A stretch of DNA of 63,500 nt, the filler included, from Diploschistes diacapsis (Eukaryota), in NCBI GenBank assembly GCA_023645945.1. It is 4 parts of 4 records of this genome, joined end to end, with 100 filler letters (N's around TTAATTAATTAA, not from the genome) between each part and the next. Parts side by side here need not be neighbours in the genome. Positions count along the whole stretch, not along the records: positions 31,959 to 47,700 come from JALAIB010000537.1; positions 47,801 to 63,500 come from JALAIB010000538.1; 2 more parts are not named here. One strand, given 5' to 3'. Position numbers and translations under genes: made by a program. Positions 39,721 to 51,730 of the stretch are shown here, one piece after another; within the stretch, counting starts at the first letter, position 1, and each line of letters starts with the position of its first letter. Below the pieces are notes generated by a model. It was not told where the DNA came from and searched no databases. It saw nothing but the letters and a program-made list of their open reading frames with translations.

Positions 39721-40107
39721 TCTCCCAGCAATTTGAAAAACAAGTCTTACGGCAATAGTTATAGAAAAGCTAACCTCTAATGAAAAAAAGGCTTGATACT
39801 GGAGCTAGAAGTTGCTAAGATGATCGATCGTAGGAACATTAAATGATTGTATAAATTAATATAATAACAGTCGTTTTGATTTGACGAACTGATCGGTTTG
39901 GGAATGCGAGTTTACCCGCGACGGTAAAGCGTTGTTAAAAGACTTATTTATAAAACTCGCTAATTCTACGTTACAGCATATCTAAAGATGCTGAATGAGT
40001 TATCCCCTCTTATTTACTACTTTATAGTATTTATACGCGATTATTACGAATTAGGATCCTATCAGTTCCTCTCGATGATTAAATATGTAAAAACGATGCG
40101 ATAATGA

Positions 40108-41441
40108 ATTAACTTATAATAATTTTTATAATAATTCTTTATACGAGCCACACCTATATAAATTATAAAAAGTTGATTTTAAAATAAACGTAAATTAGAT
40201 CCGCTTAAGTAATTATATAGGAAACTAGATCTATGAAATGCCGTAGAACTTTAAAACTGATGAAATTAGGGTTTAAAGGCCTTTTACGTTTTAATATAAC
40301 CTTTAAAAAGTAATTATAACTACCTTTATTTAGCCCCTATACTTACTTAAATACTTCCTCATCCTCCCTCAAACCCTTTTTAACCTTGTCGTCGCCTCGA
40401 GAAGTATTTCCGCCGCCGCGATCTTATTATCCTTCCCGAAACTCATCTTATTACCCTTATTAACGACGAAATCTTCCCTATCTTTCTTAAAGCCCGCGAC
40501 CGCGTAAAAGACTGAATTTTCGTTAACGGGTATTATATCGTCGTGAAACGTAGCTTCTTTAAACTCGTCTATAAGTATCACGATACGTAAACGCGTAATA
40601 TCCGTAAATTAAACGATACGTAAAACCACGTATATCTATTAAAAGATTTATTTTTTCGAAATACGCGTGTATAGAAATAAAAACGAATATATATTCGCCG
40701 TTTATATTCTATAATACTTTATCCTTTCGCCAATAATTCCTTTTTTTTCTTCGAGCACAAGCAGCGCGAACCAGAACGCGAAGAGATCGACAGACGTATA
40801 AGAAAACTGCGGCGAGCAAAGGTCTCTCTCCGAGCGGCAAGGAGCATCTCTGGGGATGCGGGCGGGGCGGAGGTGTCGAAAAAAGACTATTATAATGCTT
40901 ATAGGTCGTTAATAGTATCAAAAGACGGGAAAGGATCACCGCCGAGGCTCGAGAAAAAAGTAAGAGAAGAAAGTAAAGGAGGAAAAGGAGCGTATTGCAA
41001 ACACCCGAGCGGAGTTAGATGCAATAATAAAAAACTTACAACACCGGTTACTAATCCTGCTGTCATCATCGCCGCCAACAGCACCCCCATAGTTCCCAGC
41101 GTAGGCCTCCCTTATCTTTCTTTTTTAGCCCCCTCTTCTGCCCTTTTCCAGCCCTCCATCCCTCTACTCCTTCCTCCGCAACCAATCACGCAGCTAGTTA
41201 CCCAGAATATAAAAAAAGGAGAAAAAACAGGCAAAACAGCAAAAGGAGCAGGCGAGAGAAGAGAAAAGAAAAGCAAAATATAAAACGCGCAAGACAAATA
41301 ATTAGGTGACAGTGTCGCAAGATGGCTATTTAGATATTGATAATTTAGATACCTTAAAAAGCGACATTTTAAGTTCTAAAAATGAGTTTTAAAAAAAAAG
41401 TGACCTAACTTAACCTGTATGTAAAATAATTGTCAGCCCTA
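40108..41441 (+). mobile_element. TIR-less internal copy of the bounding DNA-transposon family, with a MULE-like N-terminal domain remnant
   Basis: 40108-40183 aligns to 31740-31858 and 41283-41441 aligns to 47801-48038, mostly by transitions; the frame from ~40384 reads ...EIFP.F..ARDRVKD*IFVNG..IVV...H.T*TRNIRKL. Confidence 0.65.
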
Positions 41442-42306
41442 TAGTCTAAGATAATCGTTAATATAGATTAAAATTTAAAAAAGTTGAAACTTTAGATAGA
41501 TCCGTCCCAAATTCGGCTTAAATCGAATCCAAACGAACCGTATGTTTGAAAAAGAATCTCGACCGGAAAAAAAATATCTCTTTTCTAAAACCTTGAGCGA
41601 CATATCAATTAATAGGTTTTAAGAATTCTACGAAAAAATCCTTCGTAACGATTTTGAAGTTTTATCGAAAGATCAATTAATCGATAAATTATTAAAATTC
41701 GGAGAAGATATACACTACTTTCCGGCATCCTTAATTTCGTTTTCGATAAGAAATCACCGATGTTATTACGTGTTTTTCTTTTTAAAACGTGCGCATCTAT
41801 TCGTACGAACTTTTTATGCGTTAAAGAAGTATGAATAAAAAAAAACAAAAAAACTAAACGTACGGGGTTTAAAAACCAATTCATTCATAACTTAGATTAA
41901 ACAAAATAACGTAATATAAAAACTTTTATATTAAATATAAAATTCTTTTTTTAATCGTTTTAATGGAGCCCTATCTTGATTTAAAAGAGGCATTTATTTC
42001 GAACCATACCTATAAAGCTCGTGAATAATTTTTAGATAGTATAACGCTACAAATTATACCTATATTCAGCCTTACTTTAGGATTAGCTTTTCATAACGGG
42101 AGAGAAGAAAGAAAGGAAAAGAAGAAGAAGAAGGAAGAAAAGGAGGAGGAGGAGGAAAAAGAGGAAAATGGAAAGTCGTGTCCATTCTAGCAAAACTTAT
42201 AGTTCTAAAGGCTAGACAAGCCGGATCATGTTAGATCTTTCTAACTGTTCCGAGAATTTCAAACACCGCTTCTAGTAGCGGCAGTTAATAAAACTAAAGA
42301 ACAGAA

Positions 42307-43965
42307 ATGTCAAATAGCGTCAAAATCTTCATGTGGGAATCATCGGAACTGGCCTAGCTGGCCTACGGTGTGCAGAAATCTTGATCGAAGAGGGCATTAA
42401 TGTTACCATTCTAGAAGCACGAGATAGACTGGGTAGCCGCGTAAGTTATTGTTGAAAGAATTAATACTCAGATATCTGAAGGAGCTTCTAGATTCATCAA
42501 TCTAGTCTTATTAGGCAATTAGTAGATATGTAAGTATATTAAAATCTTAAAGTTATATTAAAAGACGTTGTTAATAAATATATAGGAGGCCTAATTGGAT
42601 TTATAGAACGGATAAGAACCCTATAAGTAAACTTATAAAAGATATAAATAGCCCGCTTGTCTGTCTTAATAAAAGCACCCGTGTATATAATTCTGATGGC
42701 ACGCTTATGAACAGTCAAAAGGCTTCGGAAGGGTTCAGAATGGTCTAAAATATTCTTGCGGACGCTTTCAAGTATAGTAATAAAAATTTTATAAATATAG
42801 CGCCGAATTTAAGCCTGAAGACATTCTTTCAAGAAAAATTACGAACCAGCGTTCTAGAAGAAGGAGCGAAAAACGCAGTCTTAAAGCTTGCGGAGATGTG
42901 GAGCGGCTTTATCGGTGATCTTTTTGAAAAGCAGAACCTGAAATAGATTTGGCTTAAAGAATGTCTTGATGGAGGTATGATATACCACTTTTTTCGACGC
43001 CTTTTAGGACTAAATGCATTTAGATAACCTGTTTTTATCGAATACTTATCAGGCAATAATAAATCGTGTTGTTGAACCCGCGGTGAGTTATGTTCAAATA
43101 TTTCTTTCTACCGTTGTCTAGTGCATAGAAAGCCATGCCGGAAATATAAAAGATCGATAGGTTACTATAACGACAATAAATGACAACTTTGATTTCAACG
43201 AAATAATAGTTATCGTTCCTCTAAACTGTTTAAAAAGGGATAACCTTAAGTTTATACCCGAAATACCGTTAAACATTAGCCGCGCTATCGCTTACGTTTC
43301 ATATAACCGTTTAAAGAAAGCTCTTCTTGCCTTTCCTATAGTTTTTTAAAAGAAGTTAGATTCAAAGGCTATTTATAACGAACACGTTACTCGTGACATA
43401 GAACATATGTTTCCGACCTTTATACATTTCTTACGTCCTACCTATATCCCAAAAGAACAGCGATCGTAGACATTGGAAATGATGGCGTTATCATCGTTTA
43501 TTGTATTTAAAGGTTACGTTTAACTTGTGCTTCAGTTTTACCTATGAGGTACGGCCGGTGCTCATATGGTGTTAGTTATCATAAACCTAGCGTCTTTAAG
43601 CATAAAATACTATAAGATTATTAATACGTTATTTCGGCTATTCTATAACCGATTTTCCAATTACCGAACAGATTACCCTGAATACGTACCAACCGCTATA
43701 GTCGCTACAAACTGGCAGAAGGACAAGTTTGCGGGGAAAGATTTATATACAAATTTCAAAATTTATGAAGGTAGAATACAAGCCGGAAGTGATCTAATGT
43801 TCGATGATGGAGTAAAGATAATAAGACATGGAATGCTAGAAAGGGGTGTCTGGTTTGTTGGAGAACATATAGCTCTTTTTGTTGCACTAGACACGTCCAT
43901 AGGCGTATATTAGAATAGTGAAGCTGTTATAACCAGGATTATTAAAACACACGACTTTTTTATAT
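42307..43965 (+). pseudogene. RIP-inactivated flavin-containing amine (polyamine) oxidase
   Basis: HVGIIGTGLAGLRCAEIL...VTILEARDRLG.R (Rossmann), GPNWI..T..NPI, W..DKFAG..Y, WFVGEH. Confidence 0.85.
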
Positions 43966-44084
43966 AATAAAATCAAACGGATAAGAAAGGTATGCTTTAT
44001 AAATAAGATTTATAACGATTAGATAAGTTCAATATTCTTTTAAAAGCTTAATAGCGTGTTTCTTTTAATTATTTAATACAAACC

Positions 44085-44630
44085 TGGCCGCCGTGTGCGC
44101 GTACAAACAGACCGCGATTAAAAAGTTAAGTAACATAAAGCCGTACGTGGCCTTTCTATTAGACGAGCGGTAAGAAGAAGAAAGAAGGGAAGACGAAGAC
44201 GCGGTCGAGGTAGCAGTACGTTACGATGACGAAAACGGTATAAAAGGTCGTGGCGGAAACCTATAGCGCGTAAACGGACTTTATAGCGTCCTCCGGGTAC
44301 CGCATCTCGGAAATAAGAATAAAAAACATAAAGTGACCCGCGTACGCGAAGACGGGGTTCGTGATGCTAATAAAGGCCGTAACGAAGTTGCTGGGTAAGA
44401 TAATGGCTCGTCCGGGTGTCGGGTACGCGCCTGCCCCGCCCATGGCGATGATCCCGGCGATCAAGATGCTGAAGGCGGCGAGGGCAGAGAATCAGTTGAA
44501 CCGGTCGAGGGTGCGAAAAAGCGAGACGAGGAAGGTTAAGATAGCGAAAATGCCGGTAAAGAGGAGGACGTAAAGGGAACGCGGCTGAAAGAGGGCGCCA
44601 AAGGCGATCTACCCGGTTACCAATTGAGCC
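44085..44630 (-). pseudogene. Internal fragment of an Mtr-like amino-acid permease (Aa_trans)
   Basis: AFISITNPVFAYAGHFMFFILISEMR.PEDA; both ends missing, stops present. Confidence 0.8.
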
Positions 44631-45099
44631 TATATTATAGATAACGAAGGTAACCGTGTTTCAAGATAAGATATCGCGGCTTACGGGACCGAAAAGGATA
44701 AAACCGACGGCGCCCGTTGAATGAACTAAAATTATACATTAAAAAATAAGGAGATAGAAAAAAGGGTTTGACATGATAGGAAATAGGGAGCGGAATAATA
44801 TAAAAATAAGAAAAGCGCAGACGTTGTACCTTCGGAATAGCGGACTTTAAATTAAATAAATAAATAGTTAATAAAGGTTGCAAAAACTCCGACTTAGATA
44901 GTCAGAGTTTCGCGTTATTAAATAAATCGAACCCGAATGCCTTTCGAGATCTATAATAAGGCTTTTGATACTATATCTTAGAATTTAACTCGCTTATCTG
45001 ACCCGGAAGTTAGCTGTTTACACGTTTTAACTTATTAACGTATTAATATTTCGATAATATGATACTAAGGATAGGATACTTAAGGCTCATTTCGTAAAG

Positions 45100-47639
45100 C
45101 GAGAATCGAATTAAGATAACTATTATGAAATATTTAATAATCGTTAAGCGACGCCCGTACAATGATTTTAATAATAATTTCTTCGACATCTATAAATTTT
45201 GGGTTAAGATCGATTATAACGAAATTTATTTTACGTTTTATTATGCGTCTGCCTTAAGCATGAAATTATATACGGTTTTTATTGTCGAGCGTTGTATATA
45301 TTGTATATCCATTCTTAAATAGGGTCCTAATTCGTATTTTTATATTACTATGGATGCGTTTATTCTGTTTATGAGATCCCGCGTTATCCTAAGGTTTATT
45401 ATTTAAAGCTTTACGTTTGCGAGAACTTTCTTCGTTTAATGTTTTTAATCATTTAGGTAGTTTATCTACGCATTTTCTTTGATTAAGAAGGAATGATGGT
45501 TTCCTAGAATTGGATGGCTAGAAGGTCCCTAGATATTCAAGATCATCGTCGTCGTTTAGAGAATCTGGTATAATAATATCGCTATATTAAAAATAATTGT
45601 TGTGTTAAGGATCGTTTTGGTTATATTAAGGTTTTATCGGAATCCTCGTCGGTTTAAACGATATATGATTTCAGTAATATAATAGAAGATAAGAATCCAT
45701 TGATAGCTTACTTTGATATTCCGTAACCGTGCCTCTTCGCCCACGAAACTAAATCGACCCAGAAATAGTTTTCCAAGGCTTAAACAACGTAATTAATAAG
45801 TTATTAACTCGCTTTATTCCAGGCACGGCTCTGAAATAAATAACGAGAAACGTTTTTCTTTATTTTAACAATATTTCGTATCGAAAAGGGATTCGCGTAA
45901 AGATCGATATTAAAAACTACAAAAGAATCGAAATCGAATAAGATATCTTTAAAAGACGTTATAGAAATAACGACCAAAGCAGGCCAGAACGAGTTAAAAG
46001 AAACTTGAAAGAAAGGAAACAATAAAAAGACGGAATAGTTATATATATAAATAAAGAAATACTAACGCAGAAAAAGTGCCCAATAACTTTTATAATAGTA
46101 TGTATCTCGACCTTATATTTAGTTTCAAGATCATTAAGCCCGTCTATCGCATCGTTATTAATTTCGATAAGGATTATGGTATCGGTATCAAAAGATATTT
46201 GTTAGATACGTGGAACGAAGCAAAATTGTCTTGCTTGAATAAAGAAAAGGCGTCGGAAGAGAAGAGACGAGGAACAGAAAAAGGTTCTTATATATTAGTA
46301 TAGACCGAGTAGGACATTTCAGCGCAGGAAGAAAAGGATGATAGATCAGAAGTTAAGAAAAAGGCACGAAAAACATGATTAAATAAACATACATAAAAGA
46401 ATAAAGAAATAGAATTAAAATATAATATTATTTCGACTTAAGATCAGGACCCGTAAAAACGTACGACATACTTTAAAATTTTTAAATAAATAAAATAGTT
46501 ATTTATTAAGAAATATTAGTAACGTTTAGACCTAAATGTTACTATTTTTTGCTTTTTTTAGTTCTGTAGCAATTTGGGCGCGGTAAGATAAGCAAAGTTT
46601 ATTTAAAACGGGTTATATTGAACCAGATATTGCTTACGAGGTCTCCCGCGCCGTTACTTTATATCTATTTTATCGATAATCTTTACCTCCCGTTTCTATT
46701 ATTCGTAAATAACAGCCGTTTGAGATACCTTTTACTCGCCTTTAATCTCGGGTTCTTTATCGGGAGAAATTGGTAACGAGAAGCGGGGACGTTTTAGATA
46801 ACGTTTTATTTACGGTTCTTTTTTAACCGTAAAGCGTAACCGCTTTCCTTATATAATACAACAATGATATCGTATGCTTATTTATATTACTTTAAGGTTC
46901 CGTCTTTTTAACTTCTATATCCGTTTCGTTCTCGTTCGATTGTTCACAACTACTCTCGACGGTTAAATAAGAATTAAATCCCGCTAGACTTTCGTTATTA
47001 AACGTGCCCGTTTCTTTTTTAGGTTTTGATGAGGGAAGGCCGTTACGGCGCGGATTAGGAATCTCGAAGACCCACGGTCGGTTTTTGCGGAAGGCGGTAG
47101 ATCTAGATCGACACTTTTTATTAATAATAAAATCATTGAATTAACCGATGTTATAAAAAGTCATATCTAGCTTCTAAACCCGGTGCGGAGGTCGGTTAAG
47201 TGTCAGGCGAAGCCTATTTCTTTTTATTTCCTTTAACAATCGAGCGATCCGTAGTATAAACGCCGATATTTTTACCCTTCTTTTTATCGCTTTCTTCGCT
47301 GGCGCTATAACTGGAACCGTAGAGGAATTAAGGTTCCTATAAGTTACTTAGAATTTCGTTATTTATTATTTATAGAATATAATGATAATAAGCCTTATTT
47401 TCAGCGTTGGCTTCGACTTTTATAAGATCTAGAACCGGCTCGCTTAATAGATCAAAACACTTCCTCGGTAACGACGCTGTCATATTAATAATTTTAATCG
47501 AATTATCGTCTTAGGGTGGTTCATTCGGTTTATAATTTGGCATTAAAGCTGGGAAGTTCCGCCCTTTATTTTAACGATAGAAGTATTTAACGCTGTATGT
47601 CGATCTTTACTAGGCGAGTATGTCGCCGGAAGGGGTCAT
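45100..47639 (-). pseudogene. RIP-inactivated multi-exon gene of unknown function
   Basis: ATG near 47639 followed by a codon-like frame riddled with TAA/TAG; no family recognised. Confidence 0.35.
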
Positions 47640-47700
47640 TAGAATTAAATCGAGTTTATATTAATTAAAGTTATTTTACGATAAAGGTATAAAACGTTAT

Positions 47701-47800
47701 NNNNNNNNNNNNNNNNNNNNNNNNNNNNNNNNNNNNNNNNNNNNTTAATTAATTAANNNNNNNNNNNNNNNNNNNNNNNNNNNNNNNNNNNNNNNNNNNN
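47701..47800. other. Assembly gap with artificial linker
   Basis: N44-TTAATTAATTAA-N44. Confidence 0.97.
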
Positions 47801-48214
47801 AAGGCGCGTAAGACTGACCAATAGTTAATAATGTCGTAAGAAGATTATCTAAATATTAATTATTTAAATAATTTAATAAATAATATATTAAGTTCTAAAA
47901 AAGAACTCTAAATATATAAAGAAAAAGGAATTTTAATAATAAGAAATATTATCACGTGACATGAATATTAAAGAAAATGTATATATAAATTTATATAAGA
48001 CCTAATTTAGCGTATATATAAATTAATTATCAGCCCTACGAGGTTTATATAGACGGGATAGGGAGCAGGTGGTGCTCCCGAATCGCCCTGACTACAACCA
48101 AGCGACTACTGAAGGCAAAGCTTCACTCTCTCTCATTAACTCAAACTAAAAGCCTATCAGCCGTACCGACTACAACATTAACGCTCAGCCATCGAGCTTT
48201 AACTAAATTGCGCC

Positions 48215-49243
48215 ATGACGAATACTTTTGGCTGCAACACTACCTCCCGCAAAAGATTCAATAACATCTTTCGTTGCCTCTACCGAGCTTGCGAATTCTC
48301 CCACAGACCACAAGCTTGGCGAGCTTCTGCCCTTAAGTATTCCATCGGAGCACGAGCACATATTGAGCGGCTTCTCTTATCATCAAGGTCTTTTTGATAC
48401 ATGTATCTCACCCGAGCAGTGGGAGCAGTTCAATGAAGATATCGGGCGGGCTCTTAGTCCGAGCAGATTTGACCGCATGGCTGCAAGGCCGGCAAAGCAT
48501 GGAATCCTTTTAATTGGCCCAATTTCTTTTTTACAATATCAATTATCAAAGAGCCAATAATCGTGCAATAGAGAAGCGAATATTGCAGAGTCTGCAAGCT
48601 GCCTTGGGTAACGACGTAGGAGAACTGGAACTACAATCGAGCTATGGAATGAAGAAACATTCGGGCCGCTTGGACTGCATGTTAATATTTGACTGACTAC
48701 ATCTGCTATCAGACGTATCCAGGAAGACGAGGAGAAGCGGAAAAGGAAGGGAAAATAAACGAGGGCCAAGTATAGTAGTACGGCCCACTATCCCGAGAAG
48801 AAGAAGAGGAAGAAGAAGAAGCAGCAGAAGATGAAGATGAAGATGAAGATGAAGATGAAGATGAAGATGAAGATGAAGATGAAGATGAAGATGAAAATGA
48901 AGATGAAGATAAAAACTCGCTGAGGTTTCTAGATGCTACAACTATGGGCAATAAATACAAGTTAGTTATCTCGAAACTCGTAGCACCGCAGCCGTATAGT
49001 TAAGACAATACCTGGCTACTGGACACCGCAAGACTTGACCACCAAATCCCATTATTGGACGGCACACCAAGCGGACCAGTTGAGGTGCCAGATACCTCGA
49101 TAGAAGCTGTCACTGGGCCACCTGCAGTAGTACCCAGCATAAAAGAACTAGACGCTCAAGCGGCAGTTGAGCTACCTGCAAGCTTAATTGTTGAACTGCC
49201 GGCTAGCTCAATTACCGAACTACCTAGAAGCTTGGCCACATGA
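48215..49243 (+). pseudogene. Degenerate hypothetical gene
   Basis: GF.Y...L....ISPEQW.QF..D, WNEETF.PLGL.V, C-terminal VELP repeats; stops and frameshifts. Confidence 0.5.
48827..48910. repeat. (GAAGAT)14 microsatellite
   Basis: 14 tandem hexamers, one GAAAAT variant. Confidence 0.95.
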
Positions 49244-49433
49244 CGAACGCCTGCTGTGGACAAGACAAGCACTGAGTCTGGAATTAGTTTCGTTTACGAA
49301 TTAACTTACTATGTCTCGTTGTCTCCTGTATCGCCCATCTGGCCCATGCATAATGGTGGTTAGCGTTTCCTCGCCCAGTACGGTCTCCGCCAATGTGCCC
49401 ACGTCACTTGACTGCTTGAGTAGCTCTTGACGG

Positions 49434-51010
49434 TTAGTTTGATGAATTCGAATATGTCCTGATGTCCATGACTGGGCACTCAGAAAGCAGCTTGATTTGC
49501 GTTGATGGTAGGCTTGAATCGCAACCTTTGTAGCCCGTGCAACCAGCAGCTGGTGCTTTTCGGCACAGCCTAATTGCTATCTGAAAAGTCGAAACATCGA
49601 GCCTGCCGGTGCGATGATTAAGACTGGAACGCTTAAGAAATGTCGCAGAGTAAACAAGATGTATGATGATACGCATACAGTCAAATTGAGAATAGTATGT
49701 AGAATCAGCCTCTTCCAGTCCCGAGATTGTGAACTTGTATAATTACCCTGGCTTTGGTTATCAGAAATGGATGTGGCAAGGTGGTCGTGGTCACCAGACC
49801 CGCATAGTCTGGGTCCGTGGTACAGATTGCATAGACATCGACAGGAGGTGGTATCGACCAGCAGCGAGCCCCAAGTTATGTCGCCATTGATGGGCTTCGA
49901 CAATAAGATGTACTGGTGCCACTGATTGTATATGGATCGGCTGTACATCGTATCATCTCTGGAGATACCATACTCTTCCAAGATGCAGGGTTTGCTTGCC
50001 CCGACCCTAGGCGTCTCGTGGTACTCTAGCCATTGCATCAACCAGCTGGCGTTTTCAGCTCCAGAGCTGCAGGCAAAACATACATTAGTTTTGGTTCTCG
50101 ATATACAAGGAATTTAGTAGATGTGGTCACGTGTTGCTAATGTAAAGATGGGTGGTGCCAAAGTCAAGGTTAGGCAGTCCAACTAACGCATCATAATCTT
50201 GGCCAGTATATCCGTCGTAATCGTACGCTTCGTTCGTGCTTGGACGTTTGAAATACCCTTTGCTTCCAAGGGACACCTGCCAAAAATTTAGAGTGTTTCC
50301 GCATGTCGGAGTATCTCGAAGAGCCTGCTAGATGATTGGAATCGAGTTGTTTGATGTACGACGACATTGTGTTTGCCCAAGCCGTTATGACTTCGGGCTT
50401 GCATCCGCTAGGAGGCCGTGGATTTGCACTGCTCGAACCTTGGCACCTGGCCTGGACTAATATAAATACTACTGTTCAGACGTGGGACTCTGGGTGCTAA
50501 GTCTCACCTCATTGGCTAGCTCCCACGAGAATACAGTAGTGCTGTTTCGGTATTGGTTGACAAGTGCCTGCACATAGTCCATGTAGTACTGGCCAATCTG
50601 CGCGTCCATATAGAACAGATCGTGGTACTGGCCACGTCTAACAACGTTATTGACATAGACGTCCATTCCTCCATAATCGTCCCAGTTGCTGCGTTATATC
50701 AGCTTCATCTCAGAGGAAGCGGATAGCCTTACTCAGCCAGGGTGAGCGGGGTTTCAGGCCGCCGTCCTCCTCCGCCGCCTAGACCACACTGCGTCTAAGA
50801 GGGGCCAATCCATTCGAATCAAGGTTGATAGTTGGGACGCCAATTACCCAAGACGGGATATTGTACGGCTGGCGCACTCCCGGTAGCGGTATCGTATTCA
50901 TTGAATGCCCACGTCCTTCGAGTGATTAATGGATCTTTAGATGCCAAGAAAGCTGCTGCGCAGGACGCTAGGAGGATAGCTCAGTACACGATAACCATCC
51001 CCTTGAACAG
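49434..51010 (-). pseudogene. GH5 endo-beta-1,4-mannanase pseudogene
   Basis: RTWAFNE, NWDDYGGMDVY, FSWELANE (acid/base), DFGT.HLY, KPCILEEYG (nucleophile); 5' part broken or deleted. Confidence 0.85.
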
Positions 51011-51105
51011 CGGATACTACGCCCGTTGTCGAAGCCAGACAAGGGGAAAGAAACTTAAAGAGAGACATAATGATAGGAGTTGATAGTTAAGACTGTACTT
51101 GCATT

Positions 51106-51143
51106 AGTGAAGGTCGTGGGTTCAATTCCCGCTGCTGCCACCA
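51106..51143 (+). pseudogene. tRNA 3'-half fragment ending in encoded CCA
   Basis: AGTGA AGGTC GTGGG TTCAATT CCCGC TGCTGCC A CCA; good T-arm, no matching 5' acceptor strand upstream. Confidence 0.6.
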
Positions 51144-51730
51144 CTAAAAATTCTTCATTCCAGGCTAGGTAACCTGGCTTTCTAATCCTAAAGCGGCTAG
51201 TTACTTTCGGCGCAACAGGTCGGCATTCAGTATCAGTATCGATAAAATAGGTTTTCGAAATATTTGTCTATAGGGCTTTTTTACAGCCAATAATTGGGTA
51301 CAAAAGATATTAGGGTAAGTTTCCGCGAATCATTGTATGGGGATGGGCCCATCAAAAGTAAATGCAGCTGTGGTTTCACTACGGAATTAAGCCCTAAGTC
51401 CGAAAAGACTTGGCGGAATACCTTTTATTTATAAATCTGTAGCTAGACAATTTAAACACACGATGCAATCGAATCACATACGTGCAGGCAGGCGAGTGAG
51501 CATTGTCTTCGAAAGACGCGCTTCCTGTGCGTTGGACATCATAAAGCCAGGTTATACTTGGTGTGCAGCTTGGGTGCCCTCTAAGCTTTTTCAAGGATAG
51601 GAGTAGTGGAGATCTCCTGTAGGGTTGTGATTTTAGGTGGGAGGTTGAGGGATGTCCCCGTTGACTAACAGTCTAATCCGGCCCTGCAACAGATGCCTTT
51701 CGGACCCGACTTCGACTAAACTTTTATCTA

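Larger units (their letters stand above)
31677..48090. mobile_element. TIR-bounded, RIP-mutated 16.4-kb gene-carrying unit (single giant element or composite of direct copies)
   Basis: Left CAGGGCGATTCGGGAGCACTACTTGTTCCCCACCCCGGTC (31677-31716) vs reverse complement of 48052-48090 CAGGGCGATTCGGGAGCACCACCTGCTCCCTATCCCGTC; the AT-rich zone starts and stops at these TIRs; two gaps lie just inside the ends. Confidence 0.7.
21100..51150 (+). mobile_element. Putative Starship giant transposon / accessory island (boundaries approximate and unresolved)
   Basis: Captain recombinase followed by NLR-type and other accessory genes and nested TEs, between conserved host genes; no direct repeat confidently identified. 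Confidence 0.55.
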
